In this document: positions 1-9,894 of the stretch, in pieces
Numbering within the stretch: the first letter of the stretch is position 1
Layout of the letters: each line of letters starts with the position of its first letter
Source of the DNA: Tolypothrix carrinoi HA7290-LM1
GTDB taxonomy: Bacteria; Cyanobacteriota; Cyanobacteriia; Cyanobacteriales; Nostocaceae
Assembly (NCBI GenBank): GCA_019358935.1
Contig: JAHHIK010000049.1
Location: 1-58,880, forward strand
Direction of reading: 5' to 3'
DNA length: 58,880 bases
Notes under the pieces: generated by a model
Seen by the model: only the letters and a program-made list of their open reading frames with translations
Told to the model about the DNA's origin: nothing
The model's database searches: none
Program-made: the position numbers and the translations under genes

Positions 1-121
1 AGCATCTTTACGCTCAACTCTATAGCGTAATAATAGCACAAAAAGCACCACTGTGGGGTAAACCCCACGACGTGGTTTTCATCCCCGGCATGAATGCGCG
101 GGGCTTTCAACCTACCTTTTT
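1..121 (-). mobile_element. Probable left end of an IS200/IS605-family element; its ORF (possibly tnpB) would start at the ATG at 5..3 and run off the window
   Basis: Minus strand reads TTAC|AAAAAGGTAGGTTGAAAGCCCCGCGCATTCATGCCGGGGATGAAAACC, with subterminal hairpins (CCCCG..CGGGG; GTGGGG-TAAA-CCCCAC), then ATG CT at the edge. Resembles cyanobacterial IS605 left ends; the ORF itself is not visible. Confidence 0.4.
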
Positions 122-416
122 GTAAATGGGCGAAATTAAACGTAAAATACTCTCTTGATTCGTAGTCAGGGCTACCCTACGGGAAAGCTCCGCGCTTCAG
201 CCCTCAAAACTATCCGCTTACTACAAACGAACATTTATTTATGCCCATCTACTTACCATATCTCTATGAAGATAAAGCTCAAATTAGCCCACGCAGGTAA
301 GCTTTGTTTGTGTAGCTATAGGCTTCTAGCCTGTGGATTAATAAAACGCTGCATACACCAATACAGATAAAAATCTCTTCTTTTCTAATACCCAGTCCCT
401 AGCAATAGAATAACAG

Positions 417-539
417 CAGATTAACAGATATAAAAAAGTTAGAAATGAGCAATTATCAAATATAAATAACGCTAAAACTAAACACGTATCAGATTAATAG
501 ATATGAAAAAGTTACAAATGAGCATTTCTCAAATAAAAA
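417..539 (+). repeat. Two imperfect ~50-bp direct repeats, period 73 bp
   Basis: CAGATTAACAGATATAAAAAAGTTAGAAATGAGCAATT at 417 vs CAGATTAATAGATATGAAAAAGTTACAAATGAGCATTT at 490. Confidence 0.8.
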
Positions 540-543
540 CAAA

Positions 544-914
544 GATGCCATTTTGGCAACCAACCTCTAAATTAGTTAGCTAAATTGTATGGAGATAAAC
601 GACTTCAAGGGTGTTGTTATCAGGGAGCACAGGCTACTAACTTATCCTAAAAAATACTTTTACAAAAGTATTTTTTAGGCAAAAACTTAGGATATCTAGG
701 AGTGAAAAACTACTTAGATTAGCAAATAAATATCAATAACAAGGTTTGACATTTGCTGCATTAGGAAGTTTAATTCTCTACAGGCGTTGTCGTTAACGTA
801 CCATTAGCCCCCAAAAGAACAGACAACGTTAGCAAATATTCCTAAACGCTTCAGCGGCAAATGAAAGAGTGGGAGTTTGAAAGCGAATGATATGCTTCCT
901 CCCACTCTTTTTTT
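544..914 (+). ncRNA. Putative structured ncRNA, copy 1 (core rod 750-863 plus terminator; 5' end uncertain)
   Basis: CATTTGCTGC/GCGGCAAATG closing stem, inner CGTTGTC/GACAACG stem, loop CATTAGCCCCC, terminator; no conserved ORF. Confidence 0.6.
864..914 (+). terminator. Intrinsic terminator (repeated at 1451-1502 and 2042-2092)
   Basis: AAAGAGTGGGAG...CTCCCACTCTTTTTTT stem followed by a T run. Confidence 0.8.
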
Positions 915-1124
915 ATGGATATCAGGAATGAGCGCAAAACATATCTTCTGTAGCGATAATTCATGAATTATCGCACTTGTAAATTCAGGAACTGGCAAGG
1001 TTTTTTGCGTAAGTCCTAGATATGAGCGCAAAACTATCCAAACAGTTAAATGGCTGGATATCGAGATAGAGCAAAAATGAATTTCATTTTGCTACTTTTG
1101 ATACGAATTAAACTATTTGAAAAA

Positions 1125-1502
1125 GTTGCCATTTTGGCAACCATGCTTCAACCAAATCAGTTAAATTGTTAAACATAAGGAACTTCAAGGGTGTGGTTAT
1201 CGGGGTGAGTTACAAGATTGAATAATTTTGATGATGCATCTTCTATCAAACAAATTTTCGAGGCAAATAATGTATATCGAAAAAAGATATACTAACATTG
1301 CAACTCTGACAAATTAAAATAAATAATCAAGTTTCCATTTGCTGCATCAGGAATATTAAGCGCATACGGGCGTTGTTTTTGTTCGACACATTAGCCCCCC
1401 AAATAAAGCGCATCGTCCGTAAATATTCCTAAACGCTTCAGCGGCAAATGAAAGAGTGGGAGTTTGAAAGCGAATGATATGCTTCCTCCCACTCTTTTTT
1501 TT
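1125..1502 (+). ncRNA. Putative structured ncRNA, copy 2 (rod 1336-1450)
   Basis: Same closing stem, AGGAATATT/AATATTCCT, TACGGGCG/CGTCCGTA (G-U pair on + strand), same loop motif, terminator. Confidence 0.65.
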
Positions 1503-1713
1503 ATTGGGTATCAGGAATAAGCGCAAAACATATCTTCTGTAGCGATAATTCATGAATTATCGCACTTGTAAATTCAGGAACTGGCAAGGTTTTTTGCGTA
1601 AGTCCTAGATATGAGCGCAAAACTATCCAAACACTTAAATGGCTGGATGTTGATATAGAGCAAAAATGAATTTCATTTTGCTACTTTTGATACGAATTAA
1701 ACTATTTGAAAAA

Positions 1714-2092
1714 GTTGCCATTTTGGCAACCATGCTTCAACCAAATCAGTTAAATTGTTAAACATAAGGAACTTCAAGGGTGTGGTTATCGGGGTGAGTT
1801 ACAAGATTGAATAATTTTGATGATGCATCTTCTACCAAACAAATTTTCGAGGCAAATAATCTATATCTAATTTAGATATATTAATATTGTGAATGAGCGC
1901 AAATAAAAATCAATAATCAAGTTTCCATTTGCTGCACCAAGGAATATTAAGCGCATACGGACGTTGTATTTGTTCGACACATTAGCCCCCCAAATAAAGC
2001 GCATCGTCCGTAAATATTCCTAAACGCTTCAGCGGCAAATGAAAGAGTGGGAGTTTGAAAGCGAATGATATGCTTCCTCCCACTCTTTATTT
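1714..2092 (+). ncRNA. Putative structured ncRNA, copy 3 (rod 1926-2041)
   Basis: As copy 2 but with TACGGACG/CGTCCGTA (G-U to A-U compatible change). Confidence 0.65.
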
Positions 2093-2224
2093 ATGGCTAG
2101 CAATGCAAAACTATGTGAAAATTCGCAGTGGAACTGATTACCGGCTTGTTTAAGAAGTCGGGAATCTAACTTTTCACGCTCTTCTAAACGGACTGGTATA
2201 TCTATTTTTAGGAGGGGTGATTAT

Positions 2225-3160
2225 TTAAATAAAATTTGTATCCCGCATAAACTGAATAATCGCGGCATTTACCGCTTGTGCAGCACCAGAAGAAGCATCA
2301 TGATGACAATTAGGTAGAATTTGCAATTTAGCATTCTTCAGACCTTGACGCAATTTCTCGCCATCGCTAGCAGGAAACCAACTATCTTGTTCACCCCACA
2401 AAATTAGTGTGGGAGACTGAATAGCACCGAGATTATTTTGAATTTCACTAAGCATGTTCGGCTTATTAGTTTGCAAATGCTCAATTTCTCGCGCTGCTAT
2501 TTGTAACTCTTCGGCAACTTTTACCAAAGTACCAGGAAACTCAATAAACGGGTAAGTTATCCAGTAAACATCTTCTTGGGTAAGTATTGATGGATCGAAT
2601 AGCACACCACGCCTTTCTATTGCCATAATTTCTCTTACTAAAGGTGCAAACAAATATGCTAAACGTAAGTTATCAATTGTTTGCAATATTTCTAACGGCG
2701 TTTGTGCAAGCACCGACATTCCCCAATGCGGCAGACGTTGCGGAAAAATAGGTACATTTAGTACCACCAACCGCGCTATTAACTGAGGATTTTTTTCAGC
2801 AATAGCAAGGGCAATTACTGCCCCCAAAGATTCGGCGACAATTACAGCGGGTTCATCACATAAAGCACTAATAATTCTCTCTAGCTCAATAATTTGATGA
2901 CCGCTTTTTTCTCGACGAGATACAGGTTTTTCGGAAAAACCGTAACCTTTAGCATCAAAAGAAATTACCCGAAAATATTCAGATAACGGTGCGATGCTGT
3001 GACGCCAATTATAGCTCCAACTACCCACGCCATGTAAGAAAATTAGCGGTTTACCTGTACCTTTTTCGCCATAAGCGATTTGTACGGGATATCCATTAGC
3101 ATCAGTAATGATTAAATTTTGTCGCCCTTTAGGAAAAGTAGTTTGCCACCAATTTTTCAT
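2225..3160 (-). CDS. Alpha/beta-fold hydrolase
   Basis: LIFLHGVG, FDAKGYGFS, nucleophile elbow AESLG, LILWGEQD, C-terminal His; start taken at MKNWW. Confidence 0.9.
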   Translation of the reverse strand: MKNWWQTTFPKGRQNLIITDANGYPVQIAYGEKGTGKPLIFLHGVGSWSYNWRHSIAPLSEYFRVISFDAKGYGFSEKPVSRREKSGHQIIELERIISALCDEPAVIVAESLGAVIALAIAEKNPQLIARLVVLNVPIFPQRLPHWGMSVLAQTPLEILQTIDNLRLAYLFAPLVREIMAIERRGVLFDPSILTQEDVYWITYPFIEFPGTLVKVAEELQIAAREIEHLQTNKPNMLSEIQNNLGAIQSPTLILWGEQDSWFPASDGEKLRQGLKNAKLQILPNCHHDASSGAAQAVNAAIIQFMRDTNFI

Positions 3161-3180
3161 CCCTTTTATCAACAAATAAT

Positions 3181-3684
3181 TTAAACACCAAATAAGGCTT
3201 GCCACAGCAGTCTAATTAGTATCACAGGCAATGCTACTAATACACTGGCAACAAGCAATAACAAGAGCAAAAGTGCCGCGATAAACCATACATCTGCGCT
3301 CTTATTCTGTCCAGGAAATCTTAAGTATTCTTCTAATAACTTAATATTATGCTCGTTTGCTGTCCAAGCAAAATCAAAAAAGTCTCCCAGCACTGGTATA
3401 GCGCCCAACAAGCCATCAATAATAATATTTAAGACCATTCTGCCCAAAGTTGCTTTAGGTGCGCCTAATCGCGCCGCTTCTAGGACAATGTAAGCAGAAA
3501 GCATGACTCCCAAAAAATCACCACCAAGAGGTATAAATCCTATAAGTGGATCTAGTCCAATACCAACCCGCGTTCCGGGAATGGTTATGGCATTATCCAG
3601 CAGACGGCTAAGTTGACGCAAACGCTTTAAGGTAGGCGCTTTAGCATCGGGTTCAATCGTGAACTTTATAGGAGATTTAGACAT
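3181..3684 (-). CDS. DUF4112-like membrane protein
   Basis: LLDNAITIPGTRVGIGLDPLIGFIP..GD, IP..GDFFD..W.AN motifs. Confidence 0.85.
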   Translation of the reverse strand: MSKSPIKFTIEPDAKAPTLKRLRQLSRLLDNAITIPGTRVGIGLDPLIGFIPLGGDFLGVMLSAYIVLEAARLGAPKATLGRMVLNIIIDGLLGAIPVLGDFFDFAWTANEHNIKLLEEYLRFPGQNKSADVWFIAALLLLLLLVASVLVALPVILIRLLWQALFGV

Positions 3685-3751
3685 GGACGCGATCGCTTTT
3701 TTCTGTTCTAACCGCTAAATATTCTACTCTGATGTGTGCCTTTTTACAGGA

Positions 3752-4660
3752 TTAATTGTTACGATTATGCTCCGAAGCGTTAGAATGCTGGCGCGATCGC
3801 ATATCTTCACCGACAACTACATTTAATTGATCCCCAATTAAAAGAACCGCAGCACTCATCCAAAGCCACAGCATTAAAACAATCACCGCTCCCACTGCAC
3901 CATAGGCGATGTTATAGTTACCGAAATTCGCCACATAAGCGCGAAATAGACTCGACACCATCGCCCACGAAATAGCCGCTATAATTGCCCCAGGCATCAT
4001 CGGCGTACCTGAATTCCACTTTGAAGGACCGTAGCGATAGATAAAAGCAAAGGCAGCAGCAACAATACCTAAAGCTAAAGCCCAGCGTAACAGCAGCCAA
4101 AAATGCAATAATAATCCGAAAAAATCATTTTCACGCGCCAAAAGTTGCAACACGAAGTCACTAATAAACACCAAAAAAGAAGCCATCACAAAAAGCATGA
4201 TCGTGCCAATTGTTAATCCCAAAGAGATGAGTTTAGCTTTCCAAAAAGGTCGTATCTTATCTGAGGGAATTTGATGAATTTGATCGAGGGCTGTCATCGC
4301 TGTACTGACTGCACCAGAAGCAGTCCAAATGGCGATCGCAAAACTCAGAGAAAACAAACCGCTATTTTTTGAGTTGGTAATTTCTTTCGTAGCAAAATCA
4401 CGAATCAAAGTTAGTGCTTCTTCTGGTGCAATTTGACTCAGTTGCACCGCCATCTGTTTAAAAGTCTCTTGCAAAGATTCTTCAAATAAGCCAATGGCTG
4501 TCAGGGCGGCAAGAATTGCGGGAAACAACGATAACATTGCATTGAAGGCAATTTCCGAAGCTAGTCCCAAAAGTCGCCGTTTGATGGTAATCGCAAAGGT
4601 TTTCTTGAAGGTGCCAGCATTGAGGTAGCGAAAAAAGCGGACAAAACGAGGCTTTGCCAT
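3752..4660 (-). CDS. YihY/BrkB family membrane protein
   Basis: LASEIAFNAMLSLFP, YNIAYGAVGAVIVLMLWLW; multiple TM segments. Confidence 0.9.
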   Translation of the reverse strand: MAKPRFVRFFRYLNAGTFKKTFAITIKRRLLGLASEIAFNAMLSLFPAILAALTAIGLFEESLQETFKQMAVQLSQIAPEEALTLIRDFATKEITNSKNSGLFSLSFAIAIWTASGAVSTAMTALDQIHQIPSDKIRPFWKAKLISLGLTIGTIMLFVMASFLVFISDFVLQLLARENDFFGLLLHFWLLLRWALALGIVAAAFAFIYRYGPSKWNSGTPMMPGAIIAAISWAMVSSLFRAYVANFGNYNIAYGAVGAVIVLMLWLWMSAAVLLIGDQLNVVVGEDMRSRQHSNASEHNRNN

Positions 4661-4710
4661 GATTTTAGTGGCGGCAGGTTGGGTTTCTCAACTAGTCTGC
4701 CAAATAGTTA

Positions 4711-4860
4711 TGGGGGAGTGGGGAATGGGGAATGGATAATGGGTAATGGGTAATGGGTAATGGGGAATGGGGGAAAGAATTATTACCAATGCCCACTTGG
4801 ACAATTACCAATTACCAATTACCAATTACCAATTACCAATTACCAATTATCAATGCCCAA
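4711..4860. repeat. Heptameric STRR repeats (GGGAATG/GGGTAAT and CAATTAC)
   Basis: Direct tandem 7-mers typical of Nostocales. Confidence 0.9.
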
Positions 4861-4881
4861 TGTCAAAAATTCAAAATATTT

Positions 4882-5349
4882 ATGAGTCAAGAATTAACAC
4901 AACAATGGTTGGCGGAAATTCAAACGCTGAGACAGCAACTAGCGCAACTGGAAAGCGATCGCGATTCTGGTTGGGAAAGTGCTGAAAAATGGCGTCAACT
5001 TTACAACACCGAAGCCGAACAACGCCGCACAGATGCTCAGATGTCGCAGGTGGCGATCGCCGAATTAAAGGCAGAAATTCAAAAACTTAAGGGTATTGAA
5101 GATGCCACATTACCCGACTCGACAACAGCGACAGCTATCCAACAAGAAATAGCACAACTAAAATCTCCAGAGGAATTGCAACCCAAATTAATTGCAGTCA
5201 TGAAAGAACGCGATCGCCTGCTGCAAGCCTTAAAAACGGAGCAAGACAACCACGCCCAAACCCGCAACAACCTCACCACCGCTTTAGGTGATGCGATTGA
5301 TAGCTTGACACGAGAGCGAGCAGCAGGAGAGGGGGAGAGTGGGAGATGA
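4882..5349 (+). CDS. Coiled-coil hypothetical protein
   Basis: ORF from MSQELTQQW with heptad pattern; the upstream extension is translated STRR. Confidence 0.75.
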   Translation: MSQELTQQWLAEIQTLRQQLAQLESDRDSGWESAEKWRQLYNTEAEQRRTDAQMSQVAIAELKAEIQKLKGIEDATLPDSTTATAIQQEIAQLKSPEELQPKLIAVMKERDRLLQALKTEQDNHAQTRNNLTTALGDAIDSLTRERAAGEGESGR

Positions 5350-5597
5350 GGGAGAGGGGGGGAGGGGGGGAGGGGGGACAAGGGAGAGGGGGAGGACAAG
5401 GGAGAGGGGGAGAGGGGGGACAAGGGAGAGGGGGAGGACAAGGGAGAGGGGGAGGACAAGGGAGATATAGAAATTTCTTCCTTATCTTCTTATCCCCCTT
5501 GTCCCCCTTGTCCCCCTTGTCCCCCTTTCCCCCTGCCCCCTTGTCCCCCTTGTCCTCCTTGTCCCCCTTGTCCCCCTTGTCCCCCTTGTCCCCCACT
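5345..5597. repeat. Opposed purine/pyrimidine tandem repeats (GGACAAGGG / CCCCTTGTC) between convergent genes
   Basis: 9- and 18-bp units arranged as inverted blocks. Confidence 0.9.
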
Positions 5598-5600
5598 CTT

Positions 5601-6692
5601 CTAAAACCCCATCGCTTCGGCTACTGCTTTGAGTTCTGGTGCGATGCCGACTTGAAATTTGCTGTGATTGTGTTTAATGGCTGTATCTGGGTCTTTTAAA
5701 CCATTGCCGGTGAGGACGCAAACGACGGTTGCACCTGTGGGTATTTGGTCTTTTACTTGCAACATGCCGGCGACGGAAGCAGCGCTGGCTGGTTCGCAGA
5801 AAATGCCTTCTTCTGACGCTAAAAGTCGATAAGCGTCAAGGATTTCTTCGTCGGTGACGGCGTGGAAGTTGCCCATACTTGCTGATTTGACAGCGATCGC
5901 TTTTTCCCAACTTGCGGGATTGCCAATTCTAATTGCTGTGGCTAGAGTTTCTGGATGCGCTATCGGCTGACCGCTGATTAAAGGTGCAGCACCTGCGGCT
6001 TGAAATCCCATCATCCGAGGTAAGCGATCGCATTTTCCCGCTTGATGATATTGACAAAAGCCCATCCAATATGCTGTGATATTTCCCGCATTGCCCACCG
6101 GGATACACAGCCAATCGGGAGCATTACCCAGGACATCGACAATTTCAAACGCCCCTGTTTTCTGTCCTTCCAAACGGTAGGGATTGACTGAATTGACCAA
6201 AGTTACCGGATAACTGATAGCCATTTCCCGGACAATTTCCAGCGCTTGGTCAAAATTACCTTTAATTGCCAGTACTTCTGCCCCATAAAGCAACGCTTGT
6301 GCTAACTTGCCCAATGCTACATAGCCATCGGGAATTAAAACAAAAGCACTCATTCCCCCACGCCTAGCATAAGCTGCCGCTGCTGCTGAGGTGTTGCCCG
6401 TGCTAGCACAAATTACCGCCTTTGCCCCAGCTTCCTTAGCCTTGGAAATTGCCATTGTCATTCCTCGGTCTTTAAAGCTACCAGTAGGATTAAGACCATC
6501 GTATTTGACAAAGACACGTACTTGTCTACCAATGCGTTCTGCCAGCGCGGGAACTGGTATCAGCGGAGTGTTACCCTCTTGGAGGGTGACAACCGGAGTT
6601 TTTTCGCTGACAGGCAAGTATTCGCGGTATTCTTCTATCAGTCCTAGCCAGGGTTGGCGATGAGATTTAGCAGCAGACAGGCTCAAAGTCAC
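5601..6692 (-). CDS. thrC: Threonine synthase
   Basis: [16 protein letters not shown] (PLP Lys), [30 protein letters not shown]. Confidence 0.97.
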   Translation of the reverse strand: MTLSLSAAKSHRQPWLGLIEEYREYLPVSEKTPVVTLQEGNTPLIPVPALAERIGRQVRVFVKYDGLNPTGSFKDRGMTMAISKAKEAGAKAVICASTGNTSAAAAAYARRGGMSAFVLIPDGYVALGKLAQALLYGAEVLAIKGNFDQALEIVREMAISYPVTLVNSVNPYRLEGQKTGAFEIVDVLGNAPDWLCIPVGNAGNITAYWMGFCQYHQAGKCDRLPRMMGFQAAGAAPLISGQPIAHPETLATAIRIGNPASWEKAIAVKSASMGNFHAVTDEEILDAYRLLASEEGIFCEPASAASVAGMLQVKDQIPTGATVVCVLTGNGLKDPDTAIKHNHSKFQVGIAPELKAVAEAMGF

Positions 6693-7016
6693 AGGATTTA
6701 AAAGTTTTTTACAAGAGAAGGACGGGAGATTGAAAGCCCCCGAGCATCACAGAACGTAGTTCAACAGATGCGTGCAACAGATGCCAGTTTATCGTTTAAC
6801 TGATATTGCTGGAAAGATTTAGACACGTTTTGTCAAATATCTTGGGGAAGGTATAATTTTTTTGGAACAAAGCGCGTTTGTTCGTAGTCTCTTATGACAA
6901 AGGCTTTGATTCATTAGCTTAAGTAATTGAAAGTTTATAATGATTTAACAAAGCTTAAAATTGACTTATTATAATATCTCTGAATGTGTGAGTTGAGTTT
7001 AGGATCTCGTTTAACT

Positions 7017-7208
7017 ATGACAACTTGTTCATCCAATGTTGGCGATCGCATGTCCCAAAGCGCTTGGGCAACCAGACTAACTAAGGCTTTTTACCAAGAC
7101 GATCAACAAGCCAAATTTATGCATTTGCAAGCAGAGGTAGATTCTTTGTTGCAGCAACTCCAAAGCCTGAAGCAGCAACGGCTTGCAGCCACTGAAGTAG
7201 AGGAATAA
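7017..7208 (+). CDS. Small hypothetical protein (coiled-coil C-terminus); start uncertain
   Basis: Short ORF ...YQDDQQAKFMHLQAEVDSLLQQLQSLKQQR. Confidence 0.55.
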   Translation: MTTCSSNVGDRMSQSAWATRLTKAFYQDDQQAKFMHLQAEVDSLLQQLQSLKQQRLAATEVEE

Positions 7209-7354
7209 TTCCATCAATTTTGGATTAAACCTGAGGTCAATAAATAAACTGACCTTATCAAAGGAATAAACCAAAATAATTTAACAAGCTGAATTTTTTT
7301 CAACTTGGCACATTGCCAGCATTTTTCTAGCCAGAATGGACTGCAAAGTAATTG

Positions 7355-9730
7355 CTATTCAAAGCGCTGATGATTTTCTTTCCAGCGCTTGAGGCTATAG
7401 CGATCGCCATTTTCAACGAGTAAAGCTAAAGATGCACCGTCTGAAAGTTTGGCGATCGCTGTCAAAAATTGTTGAGAGTTTTTGCTGAAGTCAGTATAAA
7501 TTAGTTTACCATCATCTGACAAGATGAGGGTACGCGGACGAGATAAATTTTTGTCTTGTTCCTTAATTTTAGGTGCTGACTGATTCAAAGCTGCGATTGC
7601 GTCTGCCGAAATAGTCAGTACAGTTTCCGGTTTATTATTACCTGTTAAATCAATTTCTTGAATGGGCCAATAGCCTAACTTTTGTCGCATTTGTTGCAAG
7701 TTAGGAATAGTACCAGCCGGCAGATTACCCGATTGTTGAAGCGATCGCCAAATAGTCGGTAATATTGTCTTTACTCTGAGGGGATCTTGTTGTTCCAATT
7801 GTTCGAGAGTTATCGGTGATGGTTGCACCCATTCCAAAGCTGCGTTTGTCAAAGCTAAAGAATGCGGTTGCACAGCATTGCTGCTTTGGGGAATTATCTG
7901 TCCAGCAGCCAACAGCCGCAAAACCCCATCTCGCAGTTGCACTCCTTTGATAGTAGCGGTAGTTGTTTGCTGTTCTCCATTTGCTAGCCAGACAACTATC
8001 TGAATTTCCGCATCGGAATTTATCCCCAAAGTTGACCAAATAAACTTCTCTGGGGAAGTTTTCGGTAAATTCAAAGTTCCAAAAGGCGAATTTAACCAGC
8101 GTTTACCGTCATGAAATGCACTCACCTCCACCTGATACCATTGATTATTTACAGTCAAATCTGTTTTTGACAGTTGCAGCCACTCCGCAGAGTTAATAGA
8201 AGAAATTGGCTGTACCGAACCAATAATTCGGCTGGGGTGAGTAGACGCAATCGGTGTCACCTCACCATTAAGTTGTCTCAACAAACTTTGAATGTGCGTC
8301 AAAGTATCTGGTGTGATTTTGGCTTCTTTCAACCAGGAATTCGCCCGATTTTGCCCTTGCCCAGCTGCTAAAATCAAAGCTGCCCAAGCTTGCACCTCTG
8401 GTCTATTAGGATTAACTTGCAAAGCTGATGAAGTGCGATTCCACAACCGTCCTTCATCAGCTTTCAATAAAGTAGCAATTTCTTGGGCATTTTGTGGGGA
8501 TGCCTGAAACACTTGTAAAGCTTTTTCCCAGCGACCATCAATCAAATCTGCTAACACTTGTTGACTGGGAGAAGCCCAACTTTTATCAGCTTGAATTTTG
8601 GTAAGTTGAGAATGCAAGCGAATCAAATCAATTTGCGCTTGCGCTGCCGGCGGTATTTTTTCTTTTTGCTGTTTCTTAATGAATTGCAACCATTCAAAAG
8701 CTGGTGTCCAAAGACCGCTGCGGGCAATTGACACAGCATCTTGGTAAGCTGAATTGTTGAGTTCCGGTGGTTTGAGAGAAATTTCTTCTAATTGAATTGG
8801 GTCGAGAAAAGAGTTTGCGGGTTGAACTTGGTAAACTCGTAATTGCGGTTCTAAACCGACTGTTTGATCGACAATTAACTCTTTTGTACCATTATTAGTA
8901 ACCTGCTGCCATTTGGGTAATTGTCCGTTAGGACTTGTCCAAGACAACATCAGTTGTAAGTTGCTACGTTCTGGATTGTAATGTAGAATGTGACCGTAAG
9001 CGATCGCATTCGTTCCTTCAACGCGCTGTCCTTTGCAATAAAACCAAATCCCTGATGATGTATTGTCAAAGCGTTTCACTTCACTTAAAGGTAAAGAAAT
9101 ACTAGAACCTTGATTTTCCGATGTTGCATCAACCAAAGGGGCAATTACAAAAGATTCTTCAGGTCCAGTTATAGGTAATTGAGTTGCTAAATGATAGGAT
9201 TTTTCTGTCGAAGATGGTGTTTCTGTATCTTGTGAAAGTTGATAAACTCTGAGTTCAACAATGTATTTACAATCTGACTGACAATTTGCCCGTTGCTTGT
9301 AAACTGGCAATAAAAAAGAATTTTCTACATCACCATCCAAAGGTAAAATTTCCCCGGCTATTTGTCCCTGCTTTTTCAGATTTAGTTTAATTTGTGAAAG
9401 AGTTTGCGGGTGTTCTTGTTGGCTAGAGATTTTTGCCCATTCTGGTAAAACATTATTTAACCAGCTTAATTTTTCGGGATTGAGTATGAAAATAAGGCTA
9501 ATCCAAACAAAAAGCGCAATTAAAGCAGCACTACCCGACAAAATCCCAACAGCTAACATTGACGATAGCCAACTTTCCTTTTTTACAGAAGTTTCCAGCG
9601 ACTTCGCTTCCCGTCGCACAGACTTAACCGGCTTTTTCTGCGTTTTTTTGATAATGCGTTTCATCGCACCTGCACCTTGCACGTTAGGTTTAGAAGGTTT
9701 TGGTGTCAGCTTTTGCGTGCGGTTTGCCAT
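7355..9730 (-). CDS. Membrane-anchored hypothetical protein with a central helical-repeat-like region
   Basis: 791-aa ORF, basic N-terminus, one TM segment at about aa 57-83. Confidence 0.8.
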   Translation of the reverse strand: MANRTQKLTPKPSKPNVQGAGAMKRIIKKTQKKPVKSVRREAKSLETSVKKESWLSSMLAVGILSGSAALIALFVWISLIFILNPEKLSWLNNVLPEWAKISSQQEHPQTLSQIKLNLKKQGQIAGEILPLDGDVENSFLLPVYKQRANCQSDCKYIVELRVYQLSQDTETPSSTEKSYHLATQLPITGPEESFVIAPLVDATSENQGSSISLPLSEVKRFDNTSSGIWFYCKGQRVEGTNAIAYGHILHYNPERSNLQLMLSWTSPNGQLPKWQQVTNNGTKELIVDQTVGLEPQLRVYQVQPANSFLDPIQLEEISLKPPELNNSAYQDAVSIARSGLWTPAFEWLQFIKKQQKEKIPPAAQAQIDLIRLHSQLTKIQADKSWASPSQQVLADLIDGRWEKALQVFQASPQNAQEIATLLKADEGRLWNRTSSALQVNPNRPEVQAWAALILAAGQGQNRANSWLKEAKITPDTLTHIQSLLRQLNGEVTPIASTHPSRIIGSVQPISSINSAEWLQLSKTDLTVNNQWYQVEVSAFHDGKRWLNSPFGTLNLPKTSPEKFIWSTLGINSDAEIQIVVWLANGEQQTTTATIKGVQLRDGVLRLLAAGQIIPQSSNAVQPHSLALTNAALEWVQPSPITLEQLEQQDPLRVKTILPTIWRSLQQSGNLPAGTIPNLQQMRQKLGYWPIQEIDLTGNNKPETVLTISADAIAALNQSAPKIKEQDKNLSRPRTLILSDDGKLIYTDFSKNSQQFLTAIAKLSDGASLALLVENGDRYSLKRWKENHQRFE

Positions 9731-9894
9731 GTTCGTTCAGTAAATCCAATCGGTATTTCTGCCAAGTATTTTTACTTTTATACTCGTCTTTATTTGAATT
9801 TGCCCATAAATTTATTAGTCTGATTTTGGAGAAGTTCAGTAAATTTCCTCATGTCAAAACCAGAAAATTTTGAATACACTCACCCGTTGAGTGT

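Larger units (their letters stand above)
544..2092 (+). repeat. Tandem triplication, period 586-590 bp
   Basis: Shared blocks at 545/1126/1715 (TGCCATTTTGGCAACC region), 750/1336/1926 (CATTTGCTGCA) and 864/1451/2042 (AAAGAGTGGGAG). Copies 2 and 3 are near-identical; the 5' part of copy 1 is diverged. Confidence 0.95.

Noticed and set aside
1356..1391. Minus-strand micro-ORF MCRTKTTPVCA after GGGGGG (type I toxin or leader peptide)
   Set aside because: Copy 1 gives only MVR*, the SD spacing is 3 nt and the peptide is not hydrophobic.
544..2092. CRISPR or TIGR array, retron msr-msd, or c-di-GMP riboswitch (GGCAAA..GAAAGAGTGGGA resemblance)
   Set aside because: The period is far too long for CRISPR/TIGR, there is no cas or reverse-transcriptase gene in the window, and the riboswitch P2 stem is missing.
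4753..5699. ORFs made of GDK, PLS and ITNYQLP repeats (also near 9970-10324, 41899-42196, 43380-43649)
   Set aside because: Translations of STRR and 9-mer repeat DNA rather than genes.
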